64,000 nucleotides of DNA from an archaeon (GCA_023259115.1 JAHFQW010000005.1:2091-66090); one strand, 5' to 3'; shown: positions 17,168 through 26,891, counted from the stretch's first letter. The notes: generated by a model from the letters alone, not told the origin. Numbers and translations: made by a program.

Positions 17168-17902
17168 ATGGAGTCTTGTGATGAATGCAGAACATTTATG
17201 CCCATTTCTAAAAGGATGAAGTCTTTTTTTACAGAACGAGAAAAATATGGGTTAGAATGGCGCATGATTCAATATAGTATAGGGGCTATAGGGTTATTGA
17301 TATTACTTCTTGAAGTAGTGGCGTTTAGCGTGTGGAGAGAGAATACTTTGTTTTTAAAACAAATGCCGTGGTTAGTCTATTTAGTGATTACGGTATGTGT
17401 AGTATTAGGAGCATTATGGCATGTGCGAGCGCATAAAGTAAACGTTTCGTCGATGATGGGCATGATGATTGGTATGGTCTTAGGCATGCAGGCAGGTGTG
17501 ATGATGAGTGTAGTTATTGGTTCGACGAATGGCATGTTTATGGGATCAGTAATGGGATTATTATTTGGTGTAACAGTTGGGGTCTACGCGGGCAGATGTT
17601 GTGGCTTAATGGGAGTGTTGAATGGAGCAATTATGGGGGCAATGGGGGGGACAATGGGACCAATGATTGCGTTGATGATGAAAGTAGACCATATTTTATG
17701 GTTCATGCCGTTGTTTACACTGTTAAATGTACTTATTTTATGGTCATTGAATTTTTTAGTGTATGAAGAAGTTGTGAGTGGAAAGAAAATAGCAAGACAG
17801 GGAACAGGTTTCGTTCTATTTTTTCTGAGTTGTTTGATTATGACAATTATTGGTGTGCTGATTATCGTATATGGATATAGTTCGGCATTTGCAGCATTAT
17901 AA
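17168..17902 (+). CDS. Met/Gly-rich polytopic membrane protein with an N-terminal CDEC motif
   Basis: MMGMMIGMVLGMQAGVMM...GAIMGAMGGTMGPMIALMM. A CxxC motif lies at residues 4-7. Confidence 0.5.
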   Translation: MESCDECRTFMPISKRMKSFFTEREKYGLEWRMIQYSIGAIGLLILLLEVVAFSVWRENTLFLKQMPWLVYLVITVCVVLGALWHVRAHKVNVSSMMGMMIGMVLGMQAGVMMSVVIGSTNGMFMGSVMGLLFGVTVGVYAGRCCGLMGVLNGAIMGAMGGTMGPMIALMMKVDHILWFMPLFTLLNVLILWSLNFLVYEEVVSGKKIARQGTGFVLFFLSCLIMTIIGVLIIVYGYSSAFAAL

Positions 17903-17937
17903 ATAATTAAAAAAATTTACTCTATGAGGTGAATGAT

Positions 17938-18354
17938 ATGAAAAAATTGATGTTATGTTTAATGGGGGTAATGATTTTTTTATTTTTGGTTGCGTGTACT
18001 CCCAAAGAACAGGCGTTTGATAAAAGTAAAGTGTTGGCGCAATCGGCGGCACAGGCGGGTCCCATATTAGAGAAAGATTTCGATACGGATGCAGCGCAAG
18101 TACGTCATCTGAGTTGGGGGAAGTTGAATTATTATCCTGAGACAATTACTGTTGTGGCAGGGAAAAAAGTGCAGATTATGGGGGATACAAAGAGATTGCA
18201 GGGATGTTTTCGTACCATTTCAATTCCGCAGTTTAAAGTAAATGGACAGTTTACGGAACAGAATAATATGGTGGAGTTTACACCCACCGAAAAAGGTGAG
18301 TTTGGTTTTGGCTGTGCGATGGGGATGGGGAAAGGGACGTTAATTGTGGAGTAA
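17938..18354 (+). CDS. cupredoxin-like lipoprotein
   Basis: Lipobox-like LVAC. ETITVVAGKKVQI...FTPTEKGEFGFGCAMGMGKGTLIV resembles cupredoxin-fold metal-binding proteins with a C-x-MGM motif. Confidence 0.55.
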   Translation: MKKLMLCLMGVMIFLFLVACTPKEQAFDKSKVLAQSAAQAGPILEKDFDTDAAQVRHLSWGKLNYYPETITVVAGKKVQIMGDTKRLQGCFRTISIPQFKVNGQFTEQNNMVEFTPTEKGEFGFGCAMGMGKGTLIVE

Positions 18355-18355
18355 G

Positions 18356-18805
18356 ATGAAACGACTATTGCAGAGACCGTATGTGTACTGGCTCGTTGGG
18401 ATTTTCGTATTTTATTTGGGATTGAATGTGTATATCAGCCAATTTTATGAAACAATACAGTACTTAGAGATATATGCAGCAGAGATTCATTGGACAAAAT
18501 TTATTTTAGGGATATTGTTTACACTGATTATTTCGGGATTGGTTGCGGTGAATTCTGTATATGAATGGATTAGGTATAAAGAAAGACAACAAATTAAGAA
18601 ATCAGGAGTTGTGGCGTGTGTGGGGGGTGTAGTGGGATTGGCAACAGGGGTGTGCAGCGCGTGTGTGGTAAGTATATTTCCACTGCTGTTTGGGTTGTTT
18701 GGGGTGAGTGTGAGTTTTGCGTCGTTGCCATTTCAAGGAATGGAAGTGCAGTTGCTGGTGATTGTGATGTTGGGATTGAGTTTGTGGTGGATGGGAAAGA
18801 AGTAG
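18356..18805 (+). CDS. membrane protein with an intramembrane CSAC motif
   Basis: Four predicted TM segments and GVCSACVVSIFPLLFG. The ATG at 18356 lies 2 nt after the previous stop. Confidence 0.45.
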   Translation: MKRLLQRPYVYWLVGIFVFYLGLNVYISQFYETIQYLEIYAAEIHWTKFILGILFTLIISGLVAVNSVYEWIRYKERQQIKKSGVVACVGGVVGLATGVCSACVVSIFPLLFGLFGVSVSFASLPFQGMEVQLLVIVMLGLSLWWMGKK

Positions 18806-18873
18806 AGGTTGTTTGAAATTGCTTGTTTTGATTGTTTTTTCCACAACATTTAAATATATGAATAATATTTCAT

Positions 18874-19212
18874 ATGAATATGAATTCATATATAGAGAAT
18901 ACTTGTAAAGATATTTCGCCGGCGTATGGGTTGTTCTTTGGCGCGCTGGCGAATGAAAATCGATTGAAAATACTTAATGTTCTTCGAAAAAAAGCGCTAA
19001 ATGTGACAGAGATTGCGAAAGTAACAAGGTTTGAGCAGACGTTGGTGTCACATCATTTAAAGATGCTCGAGTATCATGGCATGGTGTTTGTGCAAAGAGA
19101 GGGGAAATTTAAGTTTTATTCATTGAATCAGAAGACAATTCAGCCGTTATTAGACTTAATAGATACGCATATGAAACAGTATTGTTGTAAAATTTTAAGA
19201 GGGGAGAGATAA
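18874..19212 (+). CDS. ArsR/SmtB-family metalloregulator
   Basis: [47 protein letters not shown] is a winged-HTH motif of the ArsR family. Confidence 0.8.
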   Translation: MNMNSYIENTCKDISPAYGLFFGALANENRLKILNVLRKKALNVTEIAKVTRFEQTLVSHHLKMLEYHGMVFVQREGKFKFYSLNQKTIQPLLDLIDTHMKQYCCKILRGER

Positions 19213-21467
19213 TGGCAAAAAAGATGAATCAGAGTGCACAAAAATGTACTATTAGTATTCAGGGGATGCATTGCGCGAGTTGCGCGAACAAAATTGAGAC
19301 GGCATTGCTGAAGAAGTCCGGCGTTACAAAAGCAGTAGTCAATTTTGCAACGCAGAAAGCGATGGTTGAGTATGATGAAGAGATGGTGCAGAAAGAAAAG
19401 TTGGCAAAAGTGATTACTGATTTAGGTTATACGGCGTTCTTTGAGGGGATGGGCAGAGGGAATGATCGGGAGAAAGAAGCGAGAGAGAAGGAAATACATG
19501 ATTTGAAGATGCGATTGGTGGTTTCTGGGCTGTTTTCGATTCCGTTACTTATAGGGGGGATGATTTTGCCGTTGTTAGGTATATCATTGCCAGGGGTTGT
19601 TGAGAAGAATATGGTTCTCATTGAATTGATACTAGCAACGCCAGTTATGTTGGCAGGATCGATTTTTTTCTCACGAGGGATTTTGACGTTGTGGAGAAGT
19701 AAAACAGCAACGATGGATACACTTGTAGCGTTAGGCACGGGGACGGCATATATCTATTCATTGTTTCTCTCGATATTGATGTGGGTAGGTGTGAGGGGAT
19801 ATGAGAAAGTGGATGTGTATTATGAAGTGGCGGCGTTGTTGATTGCATTTATTTTGTTGGGTAAATATTTAGAGGCAAAGGCGAGAGGAAAAACCTCAGA
19901 GGCGATTAAGAAGTTGATGGGCTTGCAGGCGAGGACCGCGATAGTTGTGCGGGAAAAGAAAGAGATGGAAGTGGCAATTGAAGCGGTGAGGGCGGGAGAT
20001 GTTGTTGTTGTTAAACCGGGGCAGAAGATTCCAGTGGATGGTACAATTATTGAAGGCTACTCAGCGATAGATGAGAGCATGATTACAGGAGAGAGTATTC
20101 CGGTTGAGAAAAAAAGAGGAGATAAAGTGATTGGTGCGACAATGAATAAGACGGGAGCTTTTTTATTTAGAGCAACGAGGGTTGGGAGTGAGACTGCATT
20201 GGCGCAGATTATTAAATTAGTGGAAGAGGCGCAGGGGAGTAAGGCGCCGATACAAAAGTTGGCTGATACTATTTCAGCTTATTTTGTGCCCACTGTTTTG
20301 GGTATTGCAGTTTTGACACTGGTTACTTGGCTGGTGTTAGGCCATGCTTTAGGGTTTGCGTTGACAACGTTTGTTGCGGTGTTAATTATTGCGTGTCCTT
20401 GCGCATTGGGATTGGCAACGCCAACGGCGATAATGATGGGAACAATGAAGGCGGCTCAGCAGGGTATTTTGATTAAGAGTGCGCAAGCGCTGCAAAATGC
20501 ACAGGATGTGCAGGTGTTTGTGTTTGATAAGACGGGAACGTTGACCAAAGGTGAACCGGAAGTGACAGAAATTATTGTAAAAAATAAATTTTCTCAAGAA
20601 GAGGTGTTGCGTTATGCGGCGAGTGTGGAGAAGAAGAGTGAACATCCTTTGGGTGAGGCAATTGTGAAGAGTGCGGCAGAGAGGAAGTTGAAACTGGCAA
20701 TGGTGACAAAGTTTAAAGCGATAGTTGGGAGAGGATTAGAAGCATACGTGGGGAAGAGCAAGATTGTAATTGGAAATAGGAAATTGATGGAGGAGAAGAA
20801 TATACCTGCCAACACGTATGAGCAGGAGATACAACAATTAGAATTGCAAGGTAAGACAGTGATGATTGTTGCAGTGGATAGGAAAGTGGCAGGATTTATT
20901 GCAGTTGCGGATACATTGAAAGAGAGCGCGAAGAGTATGGTTGAAAGATTACATCATTTGGGAAAAGAAGTGGTGATGATCACAGGAGATAATACCAGAA
21001 CGGGAAACGCGATTGCAACGCAAGTGGGGATTGATATAGTCTTGGCAGAAGTGTTGCCAGAAGGAAAAGCAGAAGAGATTAGGAAACTGCAATCGCGTGG
21101 TAAAAAAGTGGCAATGATTGGCGATGGGATTAATGATGCGCCGGCGTTAGCGCAGGCGGATTTAGGTATTGCGATAGGTTCAGGTACGGATGTGGCAATA
21201 GAATCGGCGGATATTGTGTTGGTTCGAGAGGATTTACAAGATGTGGTGCGAGCGATTGATGTTAGTAGTTATACTATGCGCAAGATTAGACAGAATTTGT
21301 TTTGGGCATTCGCCTATAATGTAGCAGGAATTCCTATGGCGGCAGGGGTGTTATATCCATTTACAGGAGCGTTGCTAAACCCCGTTATTGCGGGGATGGC
21401 GATGGCGTTTTCAAGTGTGTCGGTGGTGGGTAATTCGCTTTTAATGAAAAGATATAAATTTAAGTGA
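19212..21467 (+). CDS. copA: copper-translocating P1B-type ATPase
   Basis: N-terminal HMA motif GMHCASCA, transmembrane CPC ([11 protein letters not shown]), phosphorylation site DKTGTLT, and hinge GDGINDAP. Confidence 0.92.
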   Translation: MAKKMNQSAQKCTISIQGMHCASCANKIETALLKKSGVTKAVVNFATQKAMVEYDEEMVQKEKLAKVITDLGYTAFFEGMGRGNDREKEAREKEIHDLKMRLVVSGLFSIPLLIGGMILPLLGISLPGVVEKNMVLIELILATPVMLAGSIFFSRGILTLWRSKTATMDTLVALGTGTAYIYSLFLSILMWVGVRGYEKVDVYYEVAALLIAFILLGKYLEAKARGKTSEAIKKLMGLQARTAIVVREKKEMEVAIEAVRAGDVVVVKPGQKIPVDGTIIEGYSAIDESMITGESIPVEKKRGDKVIGATMNKTGAFLFRATRVGSETALAQIIKLVEEAQGSKAPIQKLADTISAYFVPTVLGIAVLTLVTWLVLGHALGFALTTFVAVLIIACPCALGLATPTAIMMGTMKAAQQGILIKSAQALQNAQDVQVFVFDKTGTLTKGEPEVTEIIVKNKFSQEEVLRYAASVEKKSEHPLGEAIVKSAAERKLKLAMVTKFKAIVGRGLEAYVGKSKIVIGNRKLMEEKNIPANTYEQEIQQLELQGKTVMIVAVDRKVAGFIAVADTLKESAKSMVERLHHLGKEVVMITGDNTRTGNAIATQVGIDIVLAEVLPEGKAEEIRKLQSRGKKVAMIGDGINDAPALAQADLGIAIGSGTDVAIESADIVLVREDLQDVVRAIDVSSYTMRKIRQNLFWAFAYNVAGIPMAAGVLYPFTGALLNPVIAGMAMAFSSVSVVGNSLLMKRYKFK

Positions 21468-21530
21468 GCTTTTGTAGGCTTGAAGTGCTATAACAGAAAT
21501 ATAAAAAATATACTGTAGAGGTGATATGAG

Positions 21531-21674
21531 ATGATTTGGAATAAGAATTTGACACGAGATCCGATCTGTGGGGTGAAACAGACACCAGGAAAAGGTATTG
21601 AAAAAGAAGGAAAGTGGTTTTGCTCTGATAATTGTGCAAAAGAGATGGAATATAGGGCAAAATCGCATCAGTGA
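21531..21674 (+). CDS. TRASH/YHS-domain mini-protein (47 aa)
   Basis: Below the track cutoff. Hand translation gives MIWNKNLTRDPICGVKQTPGKGIEKEGKWFCSDNCAKEMEYRAKSHQ. DP-CG...FCS..C is the YHS/TRASH metal-binding signature. Confidence 0.6.
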   Translation: MIWNKNLTRDPICGVKQTPGKGIEKEGKWFCSDNCAKEMEYRAKSHQ

Positions 21675-21717
21675 GTAGTGTGATTTTGTTGTTTGAAAAT
21701 TAGAAGAGGTACAAAAT

Positions 21718-21876
21718 ATGGTATTTGGATGGTTTAAACGTAAAGATCCTGTATGTGGGATGACGGAAGAGAAAGGACAAGGTGTGGAGAGATTAGGAAA
21801 ATGGTTTTGCGCAGAGGCGTGCGCGAAGAAGTATAGTGGTGAGTCGATGGGAGCAAAGAGCTGCTGTGGCAAGTGA
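21718..21876 (+). CDS. TRASH/YHS-domain mini-protein (52 aa)
   Basis: Hand translation gives MVFGWFKRKDPVCGMTEEKGQGVERLGKWFCAEACAKKYSGESMGAKSCCGK. Confidence 0.6.
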   Translation: MVFGWFKRKDPVCGMTEEKGQGVERLGKWFCAEACAKKYSGESMGAKSCCGK

Positions 21877-21943
21877 TTAGGGTTGAAGAGTAAGGTCATA
21901 TAGTAGTAATACAACGAGAGGTTGAGAGATGGAGATAGATTTT

Positions 21944-22360
21944 TTAATGCAGGGCAAGGGTGTTGAGAAATAAGAGAAGGGTAAGTCCGGCAGAGAGTAG
22001 GCAGTAAAAACAGTAGTCTTTAATAATAAATGCTTGGATAGAGAGGAGAGCGAGAGAGAAAAGAACGCCTAGAGTGGAACTGAGTAGTATGAGAGAGAAA
22101 AGAGTAGAGGCGTAGAGGGGTAGAATGAGCATGGTGAATAAAGAGAAGAACATGCCTGCAAAGAAGAGAATGCCTACAATTTCGTTTCTAATGCCAAAGA
22201 TGTGGGACCATTTGCTTTCGGTTACGACATCGCATTTGTGATCGAGAGGACAGAGGAGAGGCTTTTTTTGATAGTGCTTGTAGGTAAGATAAGAGGCATT
22301 GATGATACCTGCAAGAGTGAGTACGAAGAAAGAAGTGATGAGATGAAGAGGGTAGTTCAT
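21944..22360 (-). CDS. vitamin K epoxide reductase (VKOR)-family membrane protein
   Basis: Loop cysteines CPLDHKCDVV, followed by SKWSHIFGI and the CxxC motif CFYC in the last helix. The start was trimmed to the ATG at 22360. Confidence 0.7.
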   Translation of the reverse strand: MNYPLHLITSFFVLTLAGIINASYLTYKHYQKKPLLCPLDHKCDVVTESKWSHIFGIRNEIVGILFFAGMFFSLFTMLILPLYASTLFSLILLSSTLGVLFSLALLSIQAFIIKDYCFYCLLSAGLTLLLFLNTLALH

Positions 22361-22367
22361 GAGTAGT

Positions 22368-22769
22368 TTATTTTTTTCTTCTAGAAGTTTTGTGATTAGA
22401 TGATGTGGGAGAGGATGTGGGGGTAAGGGTTGAGAGCATGATAAGAGCGAGAGCACTGGTGAGAATGGTCACATCACGAAAGATGAGGTCTAATGCTTCT
22501 AGGTTGGCAACAATAATCGCAACGAGTACGAGAGAAGAGATTATTGCGGCGTAATATATTTTTTTATTGGAGAGGAGCCAGAGGGCGAGAATTATTTCAA
22601 ATGCGGCGAAGAGGAAGAGGAGAGGTTGAGCGGGAAAAATTGAGGTGATGAAGAGAGGGAGGAATGTAGACCAGGCAATAGGGTTCAGAAATGAAGCGAT
22701 GGCAGCGTAGAGAAATGCGATGGCGAGACCAACACGAATACTAAATGAAGCGGCTCGGAGGGTGTCCAT
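22368..22769 (-). CDS. DoxX-like small membrane protein
   Basis: Four hydrophobic segments. The size and the IRVGLAIAFLYAAI pattern resemble DoxX, but the assignment is weak. Confidence 0.4.
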   Translation of the reverse strand: MDTLRAASFSIRVGLAIAFLYAAIASFLNPIAWSTFLPLFITSIFPAQPLLFLFAAFEIILALWLLSNKKIYYAAIISSLVLVAIIVANLEALDLIFRDVTILTSALALIMLSTLTPTSSPTSSNHKTSRRKK

Positions 22770-22792
22770 GGGAAAGAAGGGTTGTTTTTGAG

Positions 22793-22800
22793 TATATAAA
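22793..22800 (-). promoter_or_regulatory. TATA-box-like element
   Basis: The minus strand reads TTTATATA, 24 nt upstream of the ATG at 22769. Confidence 0.4.
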
Positions 22801-22827
22801 TCTATTTAGTTCTTGGGATAATTTTAG

Positions 22828-22862
22828 TTATAGAGGAGTTTGAATAACTATATCTCATTGGG
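22828..22862 (+). repeat. dispersed copy (left arm plus loop) of the 1819-1848 hairpin element
   Basis: TTATAGAGGAGTTTGAATAACTATATCTCATTGG here compares with TTATAGAGGAGTTTGAATTACTATATCCCATTTG at 1815-1848. Confidence 0.7.
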
Positions 22863-22883
22863 CAGAATTTACCATAGTTAGAT

Positions 22884-23387
22884 TTATTCTACAATCAGTT
22901 GACCAATCATTTGCAGATGACTTTTGCCGCAAGGGATAGAACAGTAAAATGAAAATGTTCCTACTTTGTCTGCAAAAAATTCTACCGTTGTTGTTTTGCC
23001 TGGATTGATTTCTTGATTGATGTTGTATTCGGGAATGGCAAAGCCATGAGAAATATCGCTACTGAGGAGAGTGATTTTGACTTTATCTCCACGTTTAACA
23101 ATTATGGTGCTGGGATTGAACTCCCATTTTTTAGCAACGATGTTAAATTCTTTAGTTTCGCCGGTTGGTTTGATGGGGGGCGGGGTCTTACCATGGGGAT
23201 AAAGGTCAATTGTTTGGATGTTGCCTTGAGTGTGAGTTTCTTGGATGGCTTGGGGTTTTACAGGAATTGGAAGTTGATTGCTCGGAGTGTTGGAAGAATC
23301 GGGGGAAAGAGGGGCGGAATTTTGGCAGGAGATGAGTGTTAATACGAGAGTTAATACTATTACAAGAGAGATGGTTATTTTTTTCAT
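22884..23387 (-). CDS. lipoprotein with a CuA-type (cytochrome oxidase subunit II-like) cupredoxin domain
   Basis: Lipobox LISC. DISHGFAIP plus YCSIPCGKSHLQM matches the H...C-x3-C-x3-H-x2-M CuA ligand pattern. Confidence 0.7.
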   Translation of the reverse strand: MKKITISLVIVLTLVLTLISCQNSAPLSPDSSNTPSNQLPIPVKPQAIQETHTQGNIQTIDLYPHGKTPPPIKPTGETKEFNIVAKKWEFNPSTIIVKRGDKVKITLLSSDISHGFAIPEYNINQEINPGKTTTVEFFADKVGTFSFYCSIPCGKSHLQMIGQLIVE

Positions 23388-23532
23388 GATAATTAATATT
23401 GAGAGCGGGTTTTTAAAACTTATGGATTTAGGGATAGAGAGATTGGATAGAGAAAATAAAAGAGAGAGAATAGAGGTTGATTAAAAAAAGCAGATACTGA
23501 AAATATTAAAAAAAAAGAATTAAACTAAAAAA

Positions 23533-24009
23533 TTACTGCATATTGACAACTAAACGACCAAGTTCGCCAATTTTGCCGTTGTTCCATTCTTGCCGGGAAA
23601 AGATGATAAATGTGCCCGTTTTATCAGGAGTGAATTCAACGCTGATGGTTTGACCATGAGCCACTTTTTCTTTGACATGAAATTCAGCGATGGCAAAGCC
23701 GTAATCACGATCATCAGCGCTCACGGTGAATCGTATGGGCAGATTTTTGGTTACGATAATAGTTGCGGGATTGAATTTCATATCTTTGACAGTGATAGGA
23801 ATTTCCAGTGCCCCAGATGGATTTGATGCGGCAACATCGGCAACGCTATTACCGGTGAGATCATTTTTAGAATCGGGTTCGGTAGTTGGTGTGGTTGGTA
23901 CGACCGGCGTGGTTTGTGCTGGCGCTGTGGTTGGTTTACTTTTACATCCCGCAACGATGAGTACTGCTGCGAGAAGAGCAATACAGATTATAGTTATAAA
24001 ACGTTTCAT
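23533..24009 (-). CDS. cupredoxin-fold lipoprotein paralog that lacks the copper ligands
   Basis: Lipobox VAGC. The domain is alignable with 22884..23387: FNPATIIV / FNPSTIIV, DRDYGFAI / DISHGFAI, EFTPDKTGTF / EFFADKVGTF. The His and the C-x3-C-x3-H-x2-M block are absent. Confidence 0.6.
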   Translation of the reverse strand: MKRFITIICIALLAAVLIVAGCKSKPTTAPAQTTPVVPTTPTTEPDSKNDLTGNSVADVAASNPSGALEIPITVKDMKFNPATIIVTKNLPIRFTVSADDRDYGFAIAEFHVKEKVAHGQTISVEFTPDKTGTFIIFSRQEWNNGKIGELGRLVVNMQ

Positions 24010-24104
24010 AATGCACCCCCAAGTGACTTCTTTTTGAAAAAACTAGGAGATGATTTGATATATAAAGGTTTTGTTATTTCGTCGAAAAGAGGAGAAGTTC
24101 GTCA

Positions 24105-24521
24105 CTAGGATGAGTGTAATATTTTGGTTTTTAGGTGTGTGCTTTTATGTTTTTTGGGTTTATAGGGTTTGAGGCGGATGATTTTGGGGTGTAGCCCCAG
24201 TTGAGCGAGATGATGCTGAAGGTCTTTGGCAGATATTTGATGGTCGTAGCCCAGACAGAGGATATCAGGCTTTTTTTCTTGGATGATACGATAATGATTA
24301 TGAGGATATCCTAGAACTACTTCATCGATTACTTTGAGTTGTTTTAATAATGTGAGGCGTTCTTGTTCATTGAAGAGAATGGGTTTTTGTTGTTGCTGTT
24401 TGGTTTTATCTCGAGCAACGACGACAATGAGGTAATCGCCATGGTGCTTAGCTTGCTGAAAGTAGTTAAGATGGCCAAGGTGTACGATGTCGAAAGTGCC
24501 AAAACACATGACGGTTTTCAT
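24105..24521 (-). CDS. ribL: cytidylyltransferase-fold FMN adenylyltransferase (RibL-like)
   Basis: CFGTFDIVHLGHLNYFQQAKHHGDYLIVVVARD closely resembles archaeal RibL (GTFD..H.GH ... VARD). Confidence 0.65.
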   Translation of the reverse strand: MKTVMCFGTFDIVHLGHLNYFQQAKHHGDYLIVVVARDKTKQQQQKPILFNEQERLTLLKQLKVIDEVVLGYPHNHYRIIQEKKPDILCLGYDHQISAKDLQHHLAQLGLHPKIIRLKPYKPKKHKSTHLKTKILHSS

Positions 24522-24599
24522 TGGTTTATGTATTTTGAATAATATTTTATTTGTTATTTAGTTTATTAGTTATTTTGGATTTTATTTGATGTTTGTTTT

Positions 24600-26750
24600 T
24601 TAATTGTTTGTTAACTTTGCTTTTTTTATGATGAGATGTGCAGTGTTTTTATTTTCTTCGATTATTTCTGTCTGTTCCAAAATTATTCTTTGATGGAAGA
24701 GAGGGCAATTGAGAACGATGGATTCGAATTCGCCGCCTTCTCCGGCAATATTGAGACCGATTTTTTGATGGAGGGAGCGGAGTTGGGTGATGTCCTCCAT
24801 GGTTATTTTTCGGTTAAGCCAAGTTTTATCCAGACCTTGGGCGGCGATGGCAGTGAGAACAATTTCAAATTTTTGTTCAAGTAGATCGAGCAGATGTTTG
24901 TCTTGAGGTTTATGCCAGAGTGGGGAGAATATTTTTAAGCCAAGTTTGTCGCAGATTTTTTCAATTCTGTCGCGTTGGTAGGTTGAGAATAATGCTCCGG
25001 AGATGATGCCTTCTATTTGGTATTGCTCTTTGGCATTTTTGAGAGCGGTTTCTAAGTCTTGGAGTTCTGTTTCTTTTTCGCCGATAGTGAGTTGAGTGAG
25101 AAGAGGCAACTCCATGGCTTGGGCTTGTAGTTCTACTACTTCGGTTCCGGCGGTTTGGAACATATAGGAGTTAGGGTTTTTTGATTTTAGATGAATGAGA
25201 CAGGTGAGTTGATAATTTTGCTGTTTCATGAGGTAGGCAGAGGAGGAGGAGTCTTTGCCACCAGAGAAAAGAACGCCGAGTTTTAAGTTGTGAGAAGGAT
25301 AGAATGTTCGGAGATAAGCAGATTTTGTGGGTAATTTGTGTTGTTTGGCTAATTTGCCTAGGGCGTAGTCGAATTTAGAACCATACTGAGCGGCGGTTTT
25401 TTTTCGGGACGCGAATTTTTCAGGTATGTTTTTTTTGAGAGCGATTTCACGTAAAATGTATTTAGTTACATCGTTTTTTATTTTGTATTTGGCAGGAATT
25501 TTAAGAGCGTAGTTGACAAGAGGGATATCTAGGAACGGCAGACGTAATTCCATGTTGTTATCCATGGTGAGAACGTCATCACGATATAGATCGCGTTCAT
25601 AGATTTTGCGCAAGCCTGAGAGACATTCTTGATTGATGTTAGCGGAATTTTTATGCCGTTCATAGCCGGCAAATATTTCTTCGCTGCCAAGACCAGAGAA
25701 GATGACTTTACAGCCATCGGCTTTGGCCATTTCACAGGCAATGTAGAATGTGAGAGCAACACCGACTTTGACGACGTTGGAATCTTCAATGAGAGGGACG
25801 ATTTTTTGCAAGTACGAGGGAATTTGGGTGAGTTCTACTTTTTTGATTTTTAATTTTAATCCTAGAGCATGGGCGACGTTTTGGGCGGAAACGAGATCTG
25901 AGGGTGGAGTTGGAGTGTCAAGAACGGCGGTATAACAGGTAAAGTCATGTCCCAAGTCTTTGAAGTGTTTTGCGAGATACGTTGAGTCAATGCCGCCAGA
26001 GAAAAGTACGCCAAACTTTTTTTGAGGAATGCGTTTGTCGATGGCTTGATTGAGAAGTTGCTGGGTTTTTTGCTGTTGGATTTTGAATGGAGTTGTATGC
26101 TCAGGGAGATAAGTGAAAAATGGTCGAGGGAGAAATTCAACCTGTTTGGTTTTGATGTTGTATTTGAGAATGGTGCGAGGGTTTAATTCTTGGATGTCAA
26201 TGTAGCCGATTTTTTCCAGAGCTTTCTTTTCGGAGGCGAACGCGAGGGTGTCGGTGTTGTAGGTGTACCACAATGGTTTTTCACCTAAAATGTCACGAGC
26301 AAGGTAGAGTAGGTGTTCTTTCCAATAGGCAAATGCGTACACGCCATCTAATTCTTCTAATTTTTCGATGCCATTTTTTTCAAAACCATAGGTGTCAAGG
26401 AATGAGAGCAGTACCTGGGCATCGTTTTGAGCGTGAAAGTTATAGAGGGTGTTGAGTTCTTTCCAGTTGTAGATTTCGCAATTGGCGCTGAGAAGACCAA
26501 TTTGTTTGATGGGCTGAGGAATATGGTCTACGATGGCATGAAGAGTGTGGCCAATAAGATTATTCACGGGGAGCGGGGTGAATTCTTTTAATGCTACATG
26601 AGTCAATTCTTTTAGTGCACGGTAATGAATAATGTTATGTTGGCTGGCGAGGCCATAGCCATCTTTTCCTCTATTGTGTAAGAGAGCTAACGCAGTTTTT
26701 ACTTTGGAAAATGCTTCTCCATCGTTGAATATACCTATGATGCCACACAT
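24600..26750 (-). CDS. fusion of asparagine synthase (Gln-hydrolysing, AsnB-like) with a Dph6/MJ0570-type PP-loop ATPase domain
   Basis: N-terminal MCGIIGIF (class II amidotransferase nucleophile Cys; start trimmed to 26750). First PP-loop: VLFSGGIDSTYL. Second PP-loop: VLFSGGKDSSSSAYL, followed by GIISGALFSTYQRDRIE...GEGGEFES, typical of the diphthine-ammonia ligase N-terminal domain. Confidence 0.75.
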   Translation of the reverse strand: MCGIIGIFNDGEAFSKVKTALALLHNRGKDGYGLASQHNIIHYRALKELTHVALKEFTPLPVNNLIGHTLHAIVDHIPQPIKQIGLLSANCEIYNWKELNTLYNFHAQNDAQVLLSFLDTYGFEKNGIEKLEELDGVYAFAYWKEHLLYLARDILGEKPLWYTYNTDTLAFASEKKALEKIGYIDIQELNPRTILKYNIKTKQVEFLPRPFFTYLPEHTTPFKIQQQKTQQLLNQAIDKRIPQKKFGVLFSGGIDSTYLAKHFKDLGHDFTCYTAVLDTPTPPSDLVSAQNVAHALGLKLKIKKVELTQIPSYLQKIVPLIEDSNVVKVGVALTFYIACEMAKADGCKVIFSGLGSEEIFAGYERHKNSANINQECLSGLRKIYERDLYRDDVLTMDNNMELRLPFLDIPLVNYALKIPAKYKIKNDVTKYILREIALKKNIPEKFASRKKTAAQYGSKFDYALGKLAKQHKLPTKSAYLRTFYPSHNLKLGVLFSGGKDSSSSAYLMKQQNYQLTCLIHLKSKNPNSYMFQTAGTEVVELQAQAMELPLLTQLTIGEKETELQDLETALKNAKEQYQIEGIISGALFSTYQRDRIEKICDKLGLKIFSPLWHKPQDKHLLDLLEQKFEIVLTAIAAQGLDKTWLNRKITMEDITQLRSLHQKIGLNIAGEGGEFESIVLNCPLFHQRIILEQTEIIEENKNTAHLIIKKAKLTNN

Positions 26751-26891
26751 AGACCAATATTGTGTAGTTTTTTTATAAATATTCACTCTACGTTTTACTA
26801 CTTATTTAGTGTTATTACTTGAGATATACTAAAAAAGTTTTTAAAGAGGAGTATGAATATAATAAGACTTCATTGATGGATATATATTATA

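Noticed and set aside
21441-21914. 157-aa minus-strand ORF downstream of copA
   Set aside because: It has no motifs and a proline/leucine/serine-rich composition. The plus strand carries two TRASH/YHS mini-genes with conserved motifs, which explain the region better.
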